Below are positions 18,091 to 25,650 of a stretch of DNA of 49,527 nt, in pieces. A model generated the notes under the pieces. That model was not told where the DNA came from. It ran no database searches and saw only the letters and a list, made by a program, of their open reading frames with translations. A program made the position numbers and the translations under genes. Within the stretch, counting starts at the first letter, position 1. Each line of letters opens with the position of its first letter. The stretch is from a virus. Its lineage: Duplodnaviria; Caudoviricetes. Where the stretch lies: positions 1-49,527 of the IMG/VR virus record IMGVR_UViG_3300048574_000467; one strand, written 5' to 3'.

Positions 18091-18419
18091 TTTTTTTCGC
18101 GCGCGCGGGTCAGCGCGTCCAGGTAGGCGTCGAACAGCTCGCCGCCGGAGGCCGGGTAGGCGTCGAGCAGGCGCGCCAGCGCCTCGGCGCTGTAGGGCAG
18201 CGCGCGGCCATCGGCGTCTTCGACGCCGCGCCACGACGCGATCACCTCGCCCAGGTAGGCGGTGTCGCTCGCGGCGTCCTTCGCGCGGTCGATCCAGGCC
18301 TTGAGTTCGCGCCGGCCGCGGTGGCGAAACGTGACGGCCAGCAGAGCCGGCTCTGCCGAGCCGGGGACGGTGATGCGGACCTCGGCGTCGAAGGTCGGAT
18401 TCGGCTCGATTCGGAACAT
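18087..18419 (-). CDS. tail assembly chaperone (gpG-like)
   Basis: MFRIEPNPTF...; ends GAA AAA AAA TGA. Confidence 0.8.
   Translation of the reverse strand: MFRIEPNPTFDAEVRITVPGSAEPALLAVTFRHRGRRELKAWIDRAKDAASDTAYLGEVIASWRGVEDADGRALPYSAEALARLLDAYPASGGELFDAYLDALTRAREKK
18090..18098 (-). other. programmed -1 frameshift slippery site (A8 run)
   Basis: GAAAAAAAATGA; -1 frame continues into DUF1799 ORF, as for lambda G/G-T. Confidence 0.7.
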
Positions 18420-18432
18420 GCGCGGTGGCCCT

Positions 18433-19398
18433 TCAGATCGCGACGATGCGCATCTCGTCGTTGAGCGCGCTCGTGGGCTGCAGGCTGAACTGCATGCTGT
18501 TGAGCATCACGCTGCCCTGCACGCTGTCGTCGATGCCCGTCAGTACGCCGGCCGGCGCGAAGACGAGCACCTTGTTGCCGGCGCTCGTGCCGTGCACCAC
18601 GCCCAGGCTCTTCGAGGTGCCGGCGTGCATGTCGGCGTACTGGGTCGCGATCGCGCTGCCGCCGAGGTCGGCCACCAGCGAGGCGCTCGGGTTGCGGCCG
18701 TAGATCGCGACCGTCTCCTGCGTCGCCAGTTCCAGCGGCTGCACGTCGTTGGCGATGTCGGCCGCGAACTCCTGGAAGTGATGGTCGGTGCCGCCGCTCA
18801 AGGCGCCGGCGGAATAGGCGCCGCCGAGCTTGAACTGCGTCGTCGCAGCCGGGCCGACCGCCTCCGGCCGAATCCACGAGGCAAGCGTCGCGGCCGGCGC
18901 CGCACCGGCGGCAACCGAGCTGACGAGGCCGGTGAAGGTGAAGTCCAGCGTCGGGATTTCGCCCACCTTCATCTGCAGCTTGAAGCTGCCGGCGCAGTAG
19001 TTGAACTTCTCGAGCTTGCCGTTGATGTAGGCCCAGATCGTGAGCGTCTTCAGCGCGCTGCTGACCGGCACGTAGTCGACCCGGGCGGAGGCGGTGACGG
19101 TCTCGGAGAAGCCGCAGCCCTGCAGCAGGCGGCCCCAGGCCGGCGCCGTGCCGAGTGCGCCCGAGCTTTGCAGCTCGACCGAGAAGGCGATGCTGCCGCG
19201 GCGCGTGTAGGGCAGCATGTCGGCGGCGCCGAAGGCGCCGCGCACGATCTCGCGCGTCGCCATCTGCTGCTCGACCTTCGCTGCCAGGCCCGACACGCGC
19301 AGCAGCACGGCGTCGGTTGACTCGCTGGGCGCCGAATCGGTGCCGGGGGTGGCCTCGAGCTTGGCGAGGATGACGGTCTTGTGAATGCTGCCGGCCAT
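18433..19398 (-). CDS. tail tube (major tail) protein
   Basis: 321 aa; ILAKLE..PGTD, P.WGRLLQGCG; precedes chaperones; no sheath gene present. Confidence 0.8.
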   Translation of the reverse strand: MAGSIHKTVILAKLEATPGTDSAPSESTDAVLLRVSGLAAKVEQQMATREIVRGAFGAADMLPYTRRGSIAFSVELQSSGALGTAPAWGRLLQGCGFSETVTASARVDYVPVSSALKTLTIWAYINGKLEKFNYCAGSFKLQMKVGEIPTLDFTFTGLVSSVAAGAAPAATLASWIRPEAVGPAATTQFKLGGAYSAGALSGGTDHHFQEFAADIANDVQPLELATQETVAIYGRNPSASLVADLGGSAIATQYADMHAGTSKSLGVVHGTSAGNKVLVFAPAGVLTGIDDSVQGSVMLNSMQFSLQPTSALNDEMRIVAI

Positions 19399-19422
19399 GG
19401 CGGGCTCCTTGGTGGTGCGGCG

Positions 19423-19671
19423 TTACTTGCCGGGCGCGGTCAAGCCGGCGCCGGCAGCTGTGGTTTCGTCGGCCGGGCGCAGCCCGCCGTCGGGGTCGCG
19501 CAGCCACGAGCCGCCCGCCGGCGGGTCGATCTCGACGGCGCGGCCGTCTTCGCCGATGCGCGGCAGGATGCGCGAGGCCCGCGCGGCGGGCGAATCGGCT
19601 TCGTCGGCGGCGGTGCCGGGTGCGTCGGGGGCGTCGGGGGCGACACTGTGCAGGCGGGCGGGTCTTGGCAT
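19423..19671 (-). CDS. hypothetical virion-region protein
   Basis: GAGGAG RBS; GGSWLRDPDGGL motif. Confidence 0.55.
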   Translation of the reverse strand: MPRPARLHSVAPDAPDAPGTAADEADSPAARASRILPRIGEDGRAVEIDPPAGGSWLRDPDGGLRPADETTAAGAGLTAPGK

Positions 19672-19673
19672 GG

Positions 19674-20099
19674 CTATGCGCTCCTCAGGTCAGTCATCAC
19701 GCGGTAGTCGTCGCTCCACCACAACTGGGCGTCGCGAAACTGCAGCAGCCGCCCGCCGACGAAAGTAACGGCTTCGCCGCCGGCGGCATCGATCACCCAG
19801 CCCAGCAGCGCGGCGCGCACCGCGGCGCGGCGTGCGGCCAGCTCGGCGGCGGCGGCGGCGCCGCGCGCGTCGCGCAGGTTGGCGACGACCAGCACGACGG
19901 CGAAGTCCTGCACCACGCGCTGATGCACGATGCTCGCGAGGTCGCTGTCGGCGGCGGTCTCGGCCAGCGGCAGCACGTAGGCGGCCGGGGTGGCGGGCGG
20001 GGCCGTCTCGATCGCGATGTCCAGCGCGGCGGCGCCGGCGATGACGGGAAAGCCGGCGAGCTGCTCGCCCAGGCGCGCGATGACGGGCCCGACGTCCAT
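19674..20099 (-). CDS. tail terminator / Mu gp37-like protein
   Basis: TPAAYVLPLAE, VRAALLGW, LWWSDDY; synteny. Confidence 0.75.
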   Translation of the reverse strand: MDVGPVIARLGEQLAGFPVIAGAAALDIAIETAPPATPAAYVLPLAETAADSDLASIVHQRVVQDFAVVLVVANLRDARGAAAAAELAARRAAVRAALLGWVIDAAGGEAVTFVGGRLLQFRDAQLWWSDDYRVMTDLRSA

Positions 20100-20107
20100 G
20101 GCCGGGC

Positions 20108-20539
20108 CTATCCGCGCGGGGCGAAGGCGTCGAGCTGCGCGGCGCTGAACTGGCGCGCCGGCGCGAGCACCGACACCGCGACCGCGCCGGCGGCCGGCGG
20201 CAGCGGCGTTGCGCCGCCGAGCGATACGTCGCCGCCGGCGATGGCGTCGAGCAGGCGGCGCGCCTCCTGCGCGCGGTTGCGCACCGCCTCGCTGGCGCGC
20301 GCATCCCACAGGAAGTAGCGCGCCAGGTCGCTCGCGATGCGCACCAGCACGGTCGGCACGACGGCCAGCGGCAGCGCGTAGCGCGGCGCGAGGCGGGCGT
20401 CGATCTCGGCATCCGCATCGCCGAGCGCGCGGGCGACGATGGTCTCGTCGATCGCGATGCCGGCCGCAGGATCGGTGAGCTGCGCGAGCTCGGGCGTGCC
20501 GAAGCGCTCGATCATGTCCTGCTGCGTGGCGTAGGTCAT
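20108..20539 (-). CDS. head-tail adaptor, Mu gp36/DUF1320
   Basis: MTYATQQDMIERFG..EL.QLTD...DADAEID..L..RY.LPL. Confidence 0.88.
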   Translation of the reverse strand: MTYATQQDMIERFGTPELAQLTDPAAGIAIDETIVARALGDADAEIDARLAPRYALPLAVVPTVLVRIASDLARYFLWDARASEAVRNRAQEARRLLDAIAGGDVSLGGATPLPPAAGAVAVSVLAPARQFSAAQLDAFAPRG

Positions 20540-20548
20540 CGCGCGGCG

Positions 20549-20857
20549 TTACTTGCGCCGCGCGGGCTTGGCGGCAGTGACGGGGGCTTGCTCGGCGGCG
20601 TCGGGTCCGGCCCCATCGCCGGCTCGTGCGGCGATGGGGGTCGGCTCCTTGGCTTCGTGGTATTCCTCGGGCGCTTCGGCGGGCGCAGGGTCCTCGGGCG
20701 CGTCCTCGAGCGGCGCCACCGTGTGGCCGAGCAGCGGCGCGGCCTGTTCGGGCGTGAGCGCCACCTCGGCGCCGGGCTCGTGGCGCCGCCCGTCGTGCTC
20801 GAGCGGGCTCAGCACGGTGTACGGGACGGGCGCCGATTGTTCGTTCGCGGCGGTCAT
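20549..20857 (-). CDS. small Mu-like head-region protein
   Basis: YTVLSPLEHDGRRHEPGAEVAL motif, acidic/Pro tail. Confidence 0.65.
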   Translation of the reverse strand: MTAANEQSAPVPYTVLSPLEHDGRRHEPGAEVALTPEQAAPLLGHTVAPLEDAPEDPAPAEAPEEYHEAKEPTPIAARAGDGAGPDAAEQAPVTAAKPARRK

Positions 20858-20862
20858 GGCGA

Positions 20863-21822
20863 TCAGGCCACCGCGTTGGTGAACAGGTAGCCCAGGTCGT
20901 TCGCGGTGACGAGTTCCTTGACCGACTCGCCGGCGCGCACGCGCTGGCCGCCGCGCAGGCCGATGTCCGGGTCCTCGATCGTGCCCGCAACCCTCGGCCC
21001 CCACTGCGCGGTGAAGCCGAAGGTGATGCCGGCCTTGGTGTCGGCCTGCTTGTTGCGCACCAGGAAGGCGGCGTGCTTGCCCCAGGCGCGCACCGGCGTC
21101 GCGGCCTGGCCCGGCGCGGCGGTGTTGAGCCAGGCGTCGCCGACGTAGATGTCGTCGAGCTCGAGCAGGTCGGCGACCGCGCGCAGCGGCACGATGCCGG
21201 CGTCGGTGTTGTTGCCGAAGATCGCCTTGCACATCTTCGGGTGGGTGCGCAGCTTGGTCGCCGTGAGCCGGCCGAGTACGCCGATCGTGGGCCGCATGAT
21301 CATGCCGTCCATCGCCGCGAGGATGGCGCCGAGCGGGTCGCTGTTGGCAAAGTCGCTCCACTGGCTGGTGCCGCTGAGCGTGACCTTGTTGCCGGCGCCG
21401 TAGCTGCCGGCGCCGAACACCAGGCTTGCCGCGCGGTACTCGCGCCGGTTGCTCACCGTCTCCATCACCAGCGTGGTGGCGCGCGCGAGCGGGTCGACCT
21501 GGCTCACGTAGCCCGGCCCGGCATTGCCGGCGAGCTGGTGCGCCAGCACGTCGGCGTTGGGCACCGGGGTGTCCAGGCCGTGGTCCTGCGTGCTGTCGGT
21601 GGCCTCGGCGCTGCTCCAGTCGATCTGGTTGGGCGCGCCCTTGCGGCCGACGAAGGTTTCGGGCATCTGCAGCGCGTCGGCCACGCCGTACTTGACGTAG
21701 CGAAAGAGCTGGGTGTCCACCGGCACGCGCGGCAGCACGTCGTCGGCGATGCGCCGGGCCTGGGTGTAGCCCACGGCCACGGCCGACAGCGAGGGGACGA
21801 TCACGAACGGTTGGGTAGCCAT
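20863..21822 (-). CDS. major capsid protein
   Basis: 319 aa; LSAVAVGY...IADDVLPRVPV, LSGTSQWSD, LGYLFTNAVA; follows protease and cement genes. Confidence 0.85.
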   Translation of the reverse strand: MATQPFVIVPSLSAVAVGYTQARRIADDVLPRVPVDTQLFRYVKYGVADALQMPETFVGRKGAPNQIDWSSAEATDSTQDHGLDTPVPNADVLAHQLAGNAGPGYVSQVDPLARATTLVMETVSNRREYRAASLVFGAGSYGAGNKVTLSGTSQWSDFANSDPLGAILAAMDGMIMRPTIGVLGRLTATKLRTHPKMCKAIFGNNTDAGIVPLRAVADLLELDDIYVGDAWLNTAAPGQAATPVRAWGKHAAFLVRNKQADTKAGITFGFTAQWGPRVAGTIEDPDIGLRGGQRVRAGESVKELVTANDLGYLFTNAVA

Positions 21823-21851
21823 GTCGGGTCAGCCTTTCAGGTGAGGCAGGG

Positions 21852-22211
21852 TCACAGCACGCCGGGGGCGCGCAGGTAGGTGATCACGTCGCCGGCCACG
21901 CCGGCCTGCTCGGCAAAGCCGATCAGCCGGTTGCCGGCGGTCGTGGTGGCGATGGCCTTGCCGGCGGCGTCGGAGGTGAGCGCGGCGCCCACCGTCACGG
22001 CGCCGCCCAGGCACACCTTGGGCACGGGGCCTACGGCGATGTCTACCGACTCGCCCGCCACGTGGTCGAGCTCGTCGCTCGTGCCCAGGATGGCGTCGGT
22101 GGCGGCGGCGGCCTTGATGCAACTGCCGGCGGCGGTGCCGGTCTTGACGATGCGATAGGCCTCGACGGTTGCTTCGGCCGTGCGGCTGCGGAAATCGGAG
22201 TTGATAGCCAT
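21852..22211 (-). CDS. DUF2190-like capsid cement/decoration protein
   Basis: GGAVTVGAALTSDAAGKAI...GFAEQAGVAGDVI. Confidence 0.8.
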   Translation of the reverse strand: MAINSDFRSRTAEATVEAYRIVKTGTAAGSCIKAAAATDAILGTSDELDHVAGESVDIAVGPVPKVCLGGAVTVGAALTSDAAGKAIATTTAGNRLIGFAEQAGVAGDVITYLRAPGVL

Positions 22212-22230
22212 GTGTTTTCCTTCGGGTGGG

Positions 22231-23424
22231 TCAGCGGGCGGCGCTGGCGCGCATCACGTGCGCCACGGCGTGGGCGATGTCCACATCGCGCCCGCTCTGG
22301 CGTTCCTTGTCCTGGTGGTCGCGCGCGGCGAGCGCGATCGCGCTCGCATCGCTCGTGTCCAGGCCGGTGCCGGCGGCGCGCGCGGCGCTCGCCGCCTGGC
22401 CGAACTCGACGCGCGGCGGCAGGCTCGCGAGCAGCTCGCGCAGCGCCTGGGCGAGCGGCTTCTTCTCGGCGCCCTCGCCGAACTCGACCGGCGCGTCCTG
22501 GCGCGCCAGGTGGTCCAGCGTCTCGACGACGAGCGCCACGCCGGCCTGGGGCCAGATGGCGCGCGCCTGCAGGTCTTCGGCGAAGGCGGTGTGCTCGGCG
22601 TGCGCCGCAGCCAGGCGGGTGTTGCGCGCGGCGGCGGACGCGGCGTCGAGCTTGGCCTTGAGGGCGTCGTTTTCGGCCTTGAGGGCCAGGGCTTCGGCTT
22701 CGGTCACGGTGGACTTCTCCTGCGCGGGCTCGGCCGCGGGTTGGGCGAATGCCGGCGCGGCCGGCGTGGGGGGAACTTCGGTGGCGGCGGCTTCGCGCAG
22801 CTCGAGCTGCGCCGAGTTCTCCAGGCTGGCGACGCTGTAGCCAGGCACGGCGGCGTCCGCCGCCTCGAGGCCGAACTTGCCGATCAGCCACTCGCGCAGC
22901 CGGCGCCACAGCGAGGCGTTCTCGATGTCGTCCCACTCACTGAAAACAATCACGTCGGGGTGCGCGGCGGCGAACTCGGCGTAACTGGCAGCGGCGGCGG
23001 CAACGGCATCGGCCGGGTCGCGCAGGCCCTTGACGGCCGGCGGCATCGCGCCCAGAAAGCCGACGTGGCGCAGGTAGTACACGCCCGGCACCGGGTTGGC
23101 CGGCGAGTCGGGCGGAAAGAAGGCGGCGCTGACCTTGCCGTAGGAGCCGTTCTTCACCGCCTCGGCAAACGCCGGGTCGATCTTGCGCGGCGCCGCTTCG
23201 AGCGCGCCGGCCGCGAACGACAGGCCGCCCACGTAGCCGTAGGCCGGGGCGTCCAACGCCGGGTGGCCGATGACGATCGGCGCCTCGTGCAGCGCCGGGT
23301 CGTAGGCGCCGGCCGTGGCGGCGAGGTCGCTCGCCGCGAAGGCGAGCGCCGCGCCGCTCATCGCGACATGGCGGCCGACCTTGAAGCACTGGATGGTGGG
23401 AGCAGCGGAGGCAGCGGCAGGCAT
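22231..23424 (-). CDS. Mu I-like prohead protease/scaffold
   Basis: YDPALHEAPIVIGHP, PAYG.V, YLRHVGFLGAMPPAVKGL. Confidence 0.9.
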   Translation of the reverse strand: MPAAASAAPTIQCFKVGRHVAMSGAALAFAASDLAATAGAYDPALHEAPIVIGHPALDAPAYGYVGGLSFAAGALEAAPRKIDPAFAEAVKNGSYGKVSAAFFPPDSPANPVPGVYYLRHVGFLGAMPPAVKGLRDPADAVAAAAASYAEFAAAHPDVIVFSEWDDIENASLWRRLREWLIGKFGLEAADAAVPGYSVASLENSAQLELREAAATEVPPTPAAPAFAQPAAEPAQEKSTVTEAEALALKAENDALKAKLDAASAAARNTRLAAAHAEHTAFAEDLQARAIWPQAGVALVVETLDHLARQDAPVEFGEGAEKKPLAQALRELLASLPPRVEFGQAASAARAAGTGLDTSDASAIALAARDHQDKERQSGRDVDIAHAVAHVMRASAAR

Positions 23425-23432
23425 GGGTCGGC

Positions 23433-23478
23433 ACTGTGCGCCGCGGGCATGCCATGCGTCATGGTGAAGCGCTCCGGC
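23433..23478 (-). promoter_or_regulatory. putative activator-dependent late promoter (protease operon)
   Basis: GCCGGAGCGCTTCACC, 24 bp, CACAGT, 8 bp, ATG; same layout as 38316-38361. Confidence 0.6.
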
Positions 23479-23488
23479 AGGCAGCCGG

Positions 23489-23577
23489 GCCGCTCGCGCG
23501 CGCGGGAGGGCGGGCCGGACCATTTCGAGGATGTCCTCGATATGGTCGAGCCGCTCGCGCGCGCGGGAGGGCGGGCC
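23489..23577. repeat. two identical 28-bp direct repeats around a 33-bp hairpin
   Basis: GCCGCTCGCGCGCGCGGGAGGGCGGGCC at 23489-23516 and 23550-23577. Confidence 0.9.
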
Positions 23578-23605
23578 TTGCGCTACCGAACGATCGTTCG
23601 GCGGC

Positions 23606-24202
23606 CTACGGTTTGGCGAGCCAGGCCTCGATCTGCCTCAGCACCTCGGCCTGCTCGCCGGGGTAGAGGCTGCCGTCGGCGCGCACCGGCATGTAGGGCC
23701 GGGCCGGGATGCGGATGCTGTAGGCCGCCACTTCGAACCAGCGGGTGCGGGCGCGCTTGTGGCTGTCCTTCGCGAAGACGAGGCCGCTGCCTTTGCCGAG
23801 CGCGCGGCGCAGCAGGTTGCCGCGCACGTCTTCGCGATGGCGCACCATGCGGCTGTGCGCGGCGCGTTCGATCGTGCCGCCGAACTGGTGGATCGCGGCG
23901 TAGGGCTGCGCGGCCGACAGCGTGAGCGTGTTGCCCGAGACCTGCGGCACGATCGCCTGGCGCAGCGCGCGGCTGTCGGTCAGCACCGGCTTGCCGGCGC
24001 CCTTGCGCTTGACCGTGGCCGGCCTGTTGGGCGCCCATTTCTGCCCGGCTGGGTCGGTCTGGGTCGAAAACCGCTTGTCGACGCGGGCGTGCATCCCCTC
24101 GCCGATCGCGAGCAGCGCGGGCTGCATGTTGCCCACGCGCTGCTGCAGGCGGGCGAGCGCGGCGCGCACCGCCTGGTCGTGGACCTCGATCGTGATGTTC
24201 AT
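23606..24202 (-). CDS. virion morphogenesis protein (Mu G / tail completion S family)
   Basis: RF..QTDPAGQKWAP, YAAIHQFGG, IPARPYM. Confidence 0.88.
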   Translation of the reverse strand: MNITIEVHDQAVRAALARLQQRVGNMQPALLAIGEGMHARVDKRFSTQTDPAGQKWAPNRPATVKRKGAGKPVLTDSRALRQAIVPQVSGNTLTLSAAQPYAAIHQFGGTIERAAHSRMVRHREDVRGNLLRRALGKGSGLVFAKDSHKRARTRWFEVAAYSIRIPARPYMPVRADGSLYPGEQAEVLRQIEAWLAKP

Positions 24203-25347
24203 TGCGTCGGGCCTTTGCGCGAGCCCGTCGTGCTGCCCCAGTAGAAGCCGGCGGCGCCGCCGACGATCAGGCTGACAACGGCCGTCGCGATGGCCGCGCG
24301 CACATCATCCGACCACGCCGCGTAGCCCCACAGGCCGGCGATGCTGCCGACGACCATGTAGACGAGCGGCGCGAGGATGACGGTTGCCGCAAAGCTCGGG
24401 CTGCGCCAGAAACCGCCGATGCGCTCGACGACCTGCACGTCGTGCTCGCGCGCGCCGGCGATGCCGCCGCCGCCGGCCTCGGTGAGATCGAGCCAGCGCG
24501 CGGCAATCGCGTCGCGCGCCGCCTGCGCCGCGCCCGGATCGGAGACGACGCGCTCGGCGGCCTCCTGCGCGTTCGTCGCGCCCACCGCCTGCTGCACGAT
24601 GTCGGCGGCGAGCGTCACGGCCTTGACGTTGCGCTCGCTCACCCCGGAGTCGGAGCCGAACAGTTTGCCCAGCGCCGGGATGGCGGCTGTAAGGCTGGGC
24701 AGGATCGCGTTCAGAATGGGGACGATGGGCAGCATGGGCTCCTCCTTGCGCACTGGCGCGGGTTGCGGTGTCGGCACGGGTGATTCGGGCGCAGCGGCGA
24801 GCGCGGTCTGCGCGCGCTGCCATCGCTGCCGGCGGTCGGCCAGGCCGTTGAGGCCGCCGTTGATGCGGCGCGTGACGCTCTCGAAGTCGCCCGCGTCAGC
24901 CAGCTCGTTGCAGCCGTGGCTTTGCCAATACCAGGCGGCCGACAGCGCGGCCCAGCGCGGCTCGGCCAGCCGCTGCGGCTCGGCCTCGAAGTCCGGGCAG
25001 CCAAGGCCGGCGAGCGCGCTCGTGGCGCGCGCATGGTTGTAGCGGCCGGTGATCTGGATCAGCCCGTGCCCCCGGTAGCGCTCGCCGTCGCCCGGCCGCG
25101 TGTTGCCGAGGTCGGCGCGGCCCTCGTAGCGCGCCTGCGCCGGCGTCGGCCCCCATATCTCGGCCGTGTACCTGAGCCCCCCGGACTCGTGTCCGATCTG
25201 CGCCAGGAACATCGCCAGCCGGGCCGGCGAGCCGATCGAGTACCGCTCGCACGCCTCGGCCAGATGCACCGCATAGGCTTCGGCGAGCGCGGCCGAACAT
25301 CCCAGCGCGGTCTGCAGCAGGGTGGGCGTCAATTCGCGTGCGGTCAT
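24199..25347 (-). CDS. GH19 endolysin fused to C-terminal membrane (holin-like) domain
   Basis: FLAQIGHESGG, YRGHGLIQITG, TRRINGGLNGLADR; Pro linker; two C-terminal TM helices ending GFYWGSTTGS. Confidence 0.85.
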   Translation of the reverse strand: MTARELTPTLLQTALGCSAALAEAYAVHLAEACERYSIGSPARLAMFLAQIGHESGGLRYTAEIWGPTPAQARYEGRADLGNTRPGDGERYRGHGLIQITGRYNHARATSALAGLGCPDFEAEPQRLAEPRWAALSAAWYWQSHGCNELADAGDFESVTRRINGGLNGLADRRQRWQRAQTALAAAPESPVPTPQPAPVRKEEPMLPIVPILNAILPSLTAAIPALGKLFGSDSGVSERNVKAVTLAADIVQQAVGATNAQEAAERVVSDPGAAQAARDAIAARWLDLTEAGGGGIAGAREHDVQVVERIGGFWRSPSFAATVILAPLVYMVVGSIAGLWGYAAWSDDVRAAIATAVVSLIVGGAAGFYWGSTTGSRKGPTQ

Positions 25348-25556
25348 GGCTTGGCGGCGCCGCGGCGCTCGATTTCGCGCTGGATGTACCAGGCGGCTTT
25401 TTGCAGGTCTTCGAGCGCGGCGCCCTTCTCGTCGGCGCGCCAGATGTACTTGACGGCGTTGCCGAGGTTGAAGCCCATGTGCTCGACGACGGTGATGCAC
25501 TCGACGCCGCTCGGGTGGGCGTTGTAGTGGCGGGGGTGGTTGACGGTTTGGAGCAT
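25344..25556 (-). CDS. DUF3310-family protein
   Basis: VNHPRHY...ECI...FNLGNAVKYIWRA..K...EDLQKAAWY. Confidence 0.88.
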   Translation of the reverse strand: MLQTVNHPRHYNAHPSGVECITVVEHMGFNLGNAVKYIWRADEKGAALEDLQKAAWYIQREIERRGAAKP

Positions 25557-25567
25557 CGGCTTAAACT
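25540..25567 (+). promoter_or_regulatory. sigma70 promoter for tRNA-like RNA
   Basis: TTGACG (25540-45), 16 bp, TAAACT (25562-67). Confidence 0.7.
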
Positions 25568-25579
25568 CTCGGTTGCCCA

Positions 25580-25650
25580 GGGTCTGTGCCTGGAATGGTG
25601 ATCAGGACGGTCCTTTACCGTAGATGTCGGTTCGATCCCGATCAGGCCCC
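25580..25650 (+). ncRNA. tRNA-like cloverleaf RNA with degenerate anticodon arm, no encoded CCA
   Basis: acceptor GGGTCTG/CAGGCCC; D arm CCTG-GAATGGTGAT-CAGG; ACGGT-CCTTT-ACCGT; T arm GTCGG-TTCGATC-CCGAT. Confidence 0.8.

Noticed and set aside
19638-19690. Third copy of the late-promoter motif (GGAGCGC...CACAGT)
   Set aside because: Spacing is 21 rather than 24 bp, the dyad is poor, and GAGGAG is explained as the RBS of the 19671 gene
23489-23577. CRISPR array
   Set aside because: Only two repeats, no cas genes, repeat lacks typical GTT/GAAAC-type ends, and the spacer is itself a palindrome; kept as an unexplained repeat
25580-25650. Ordinary tRNA-Lys(CTT)
   Set aside because: A 7-nt loop needs a 4-bp stem and gives C33 and T37; A14 and CCA are missing; treated as tRNA-like instead
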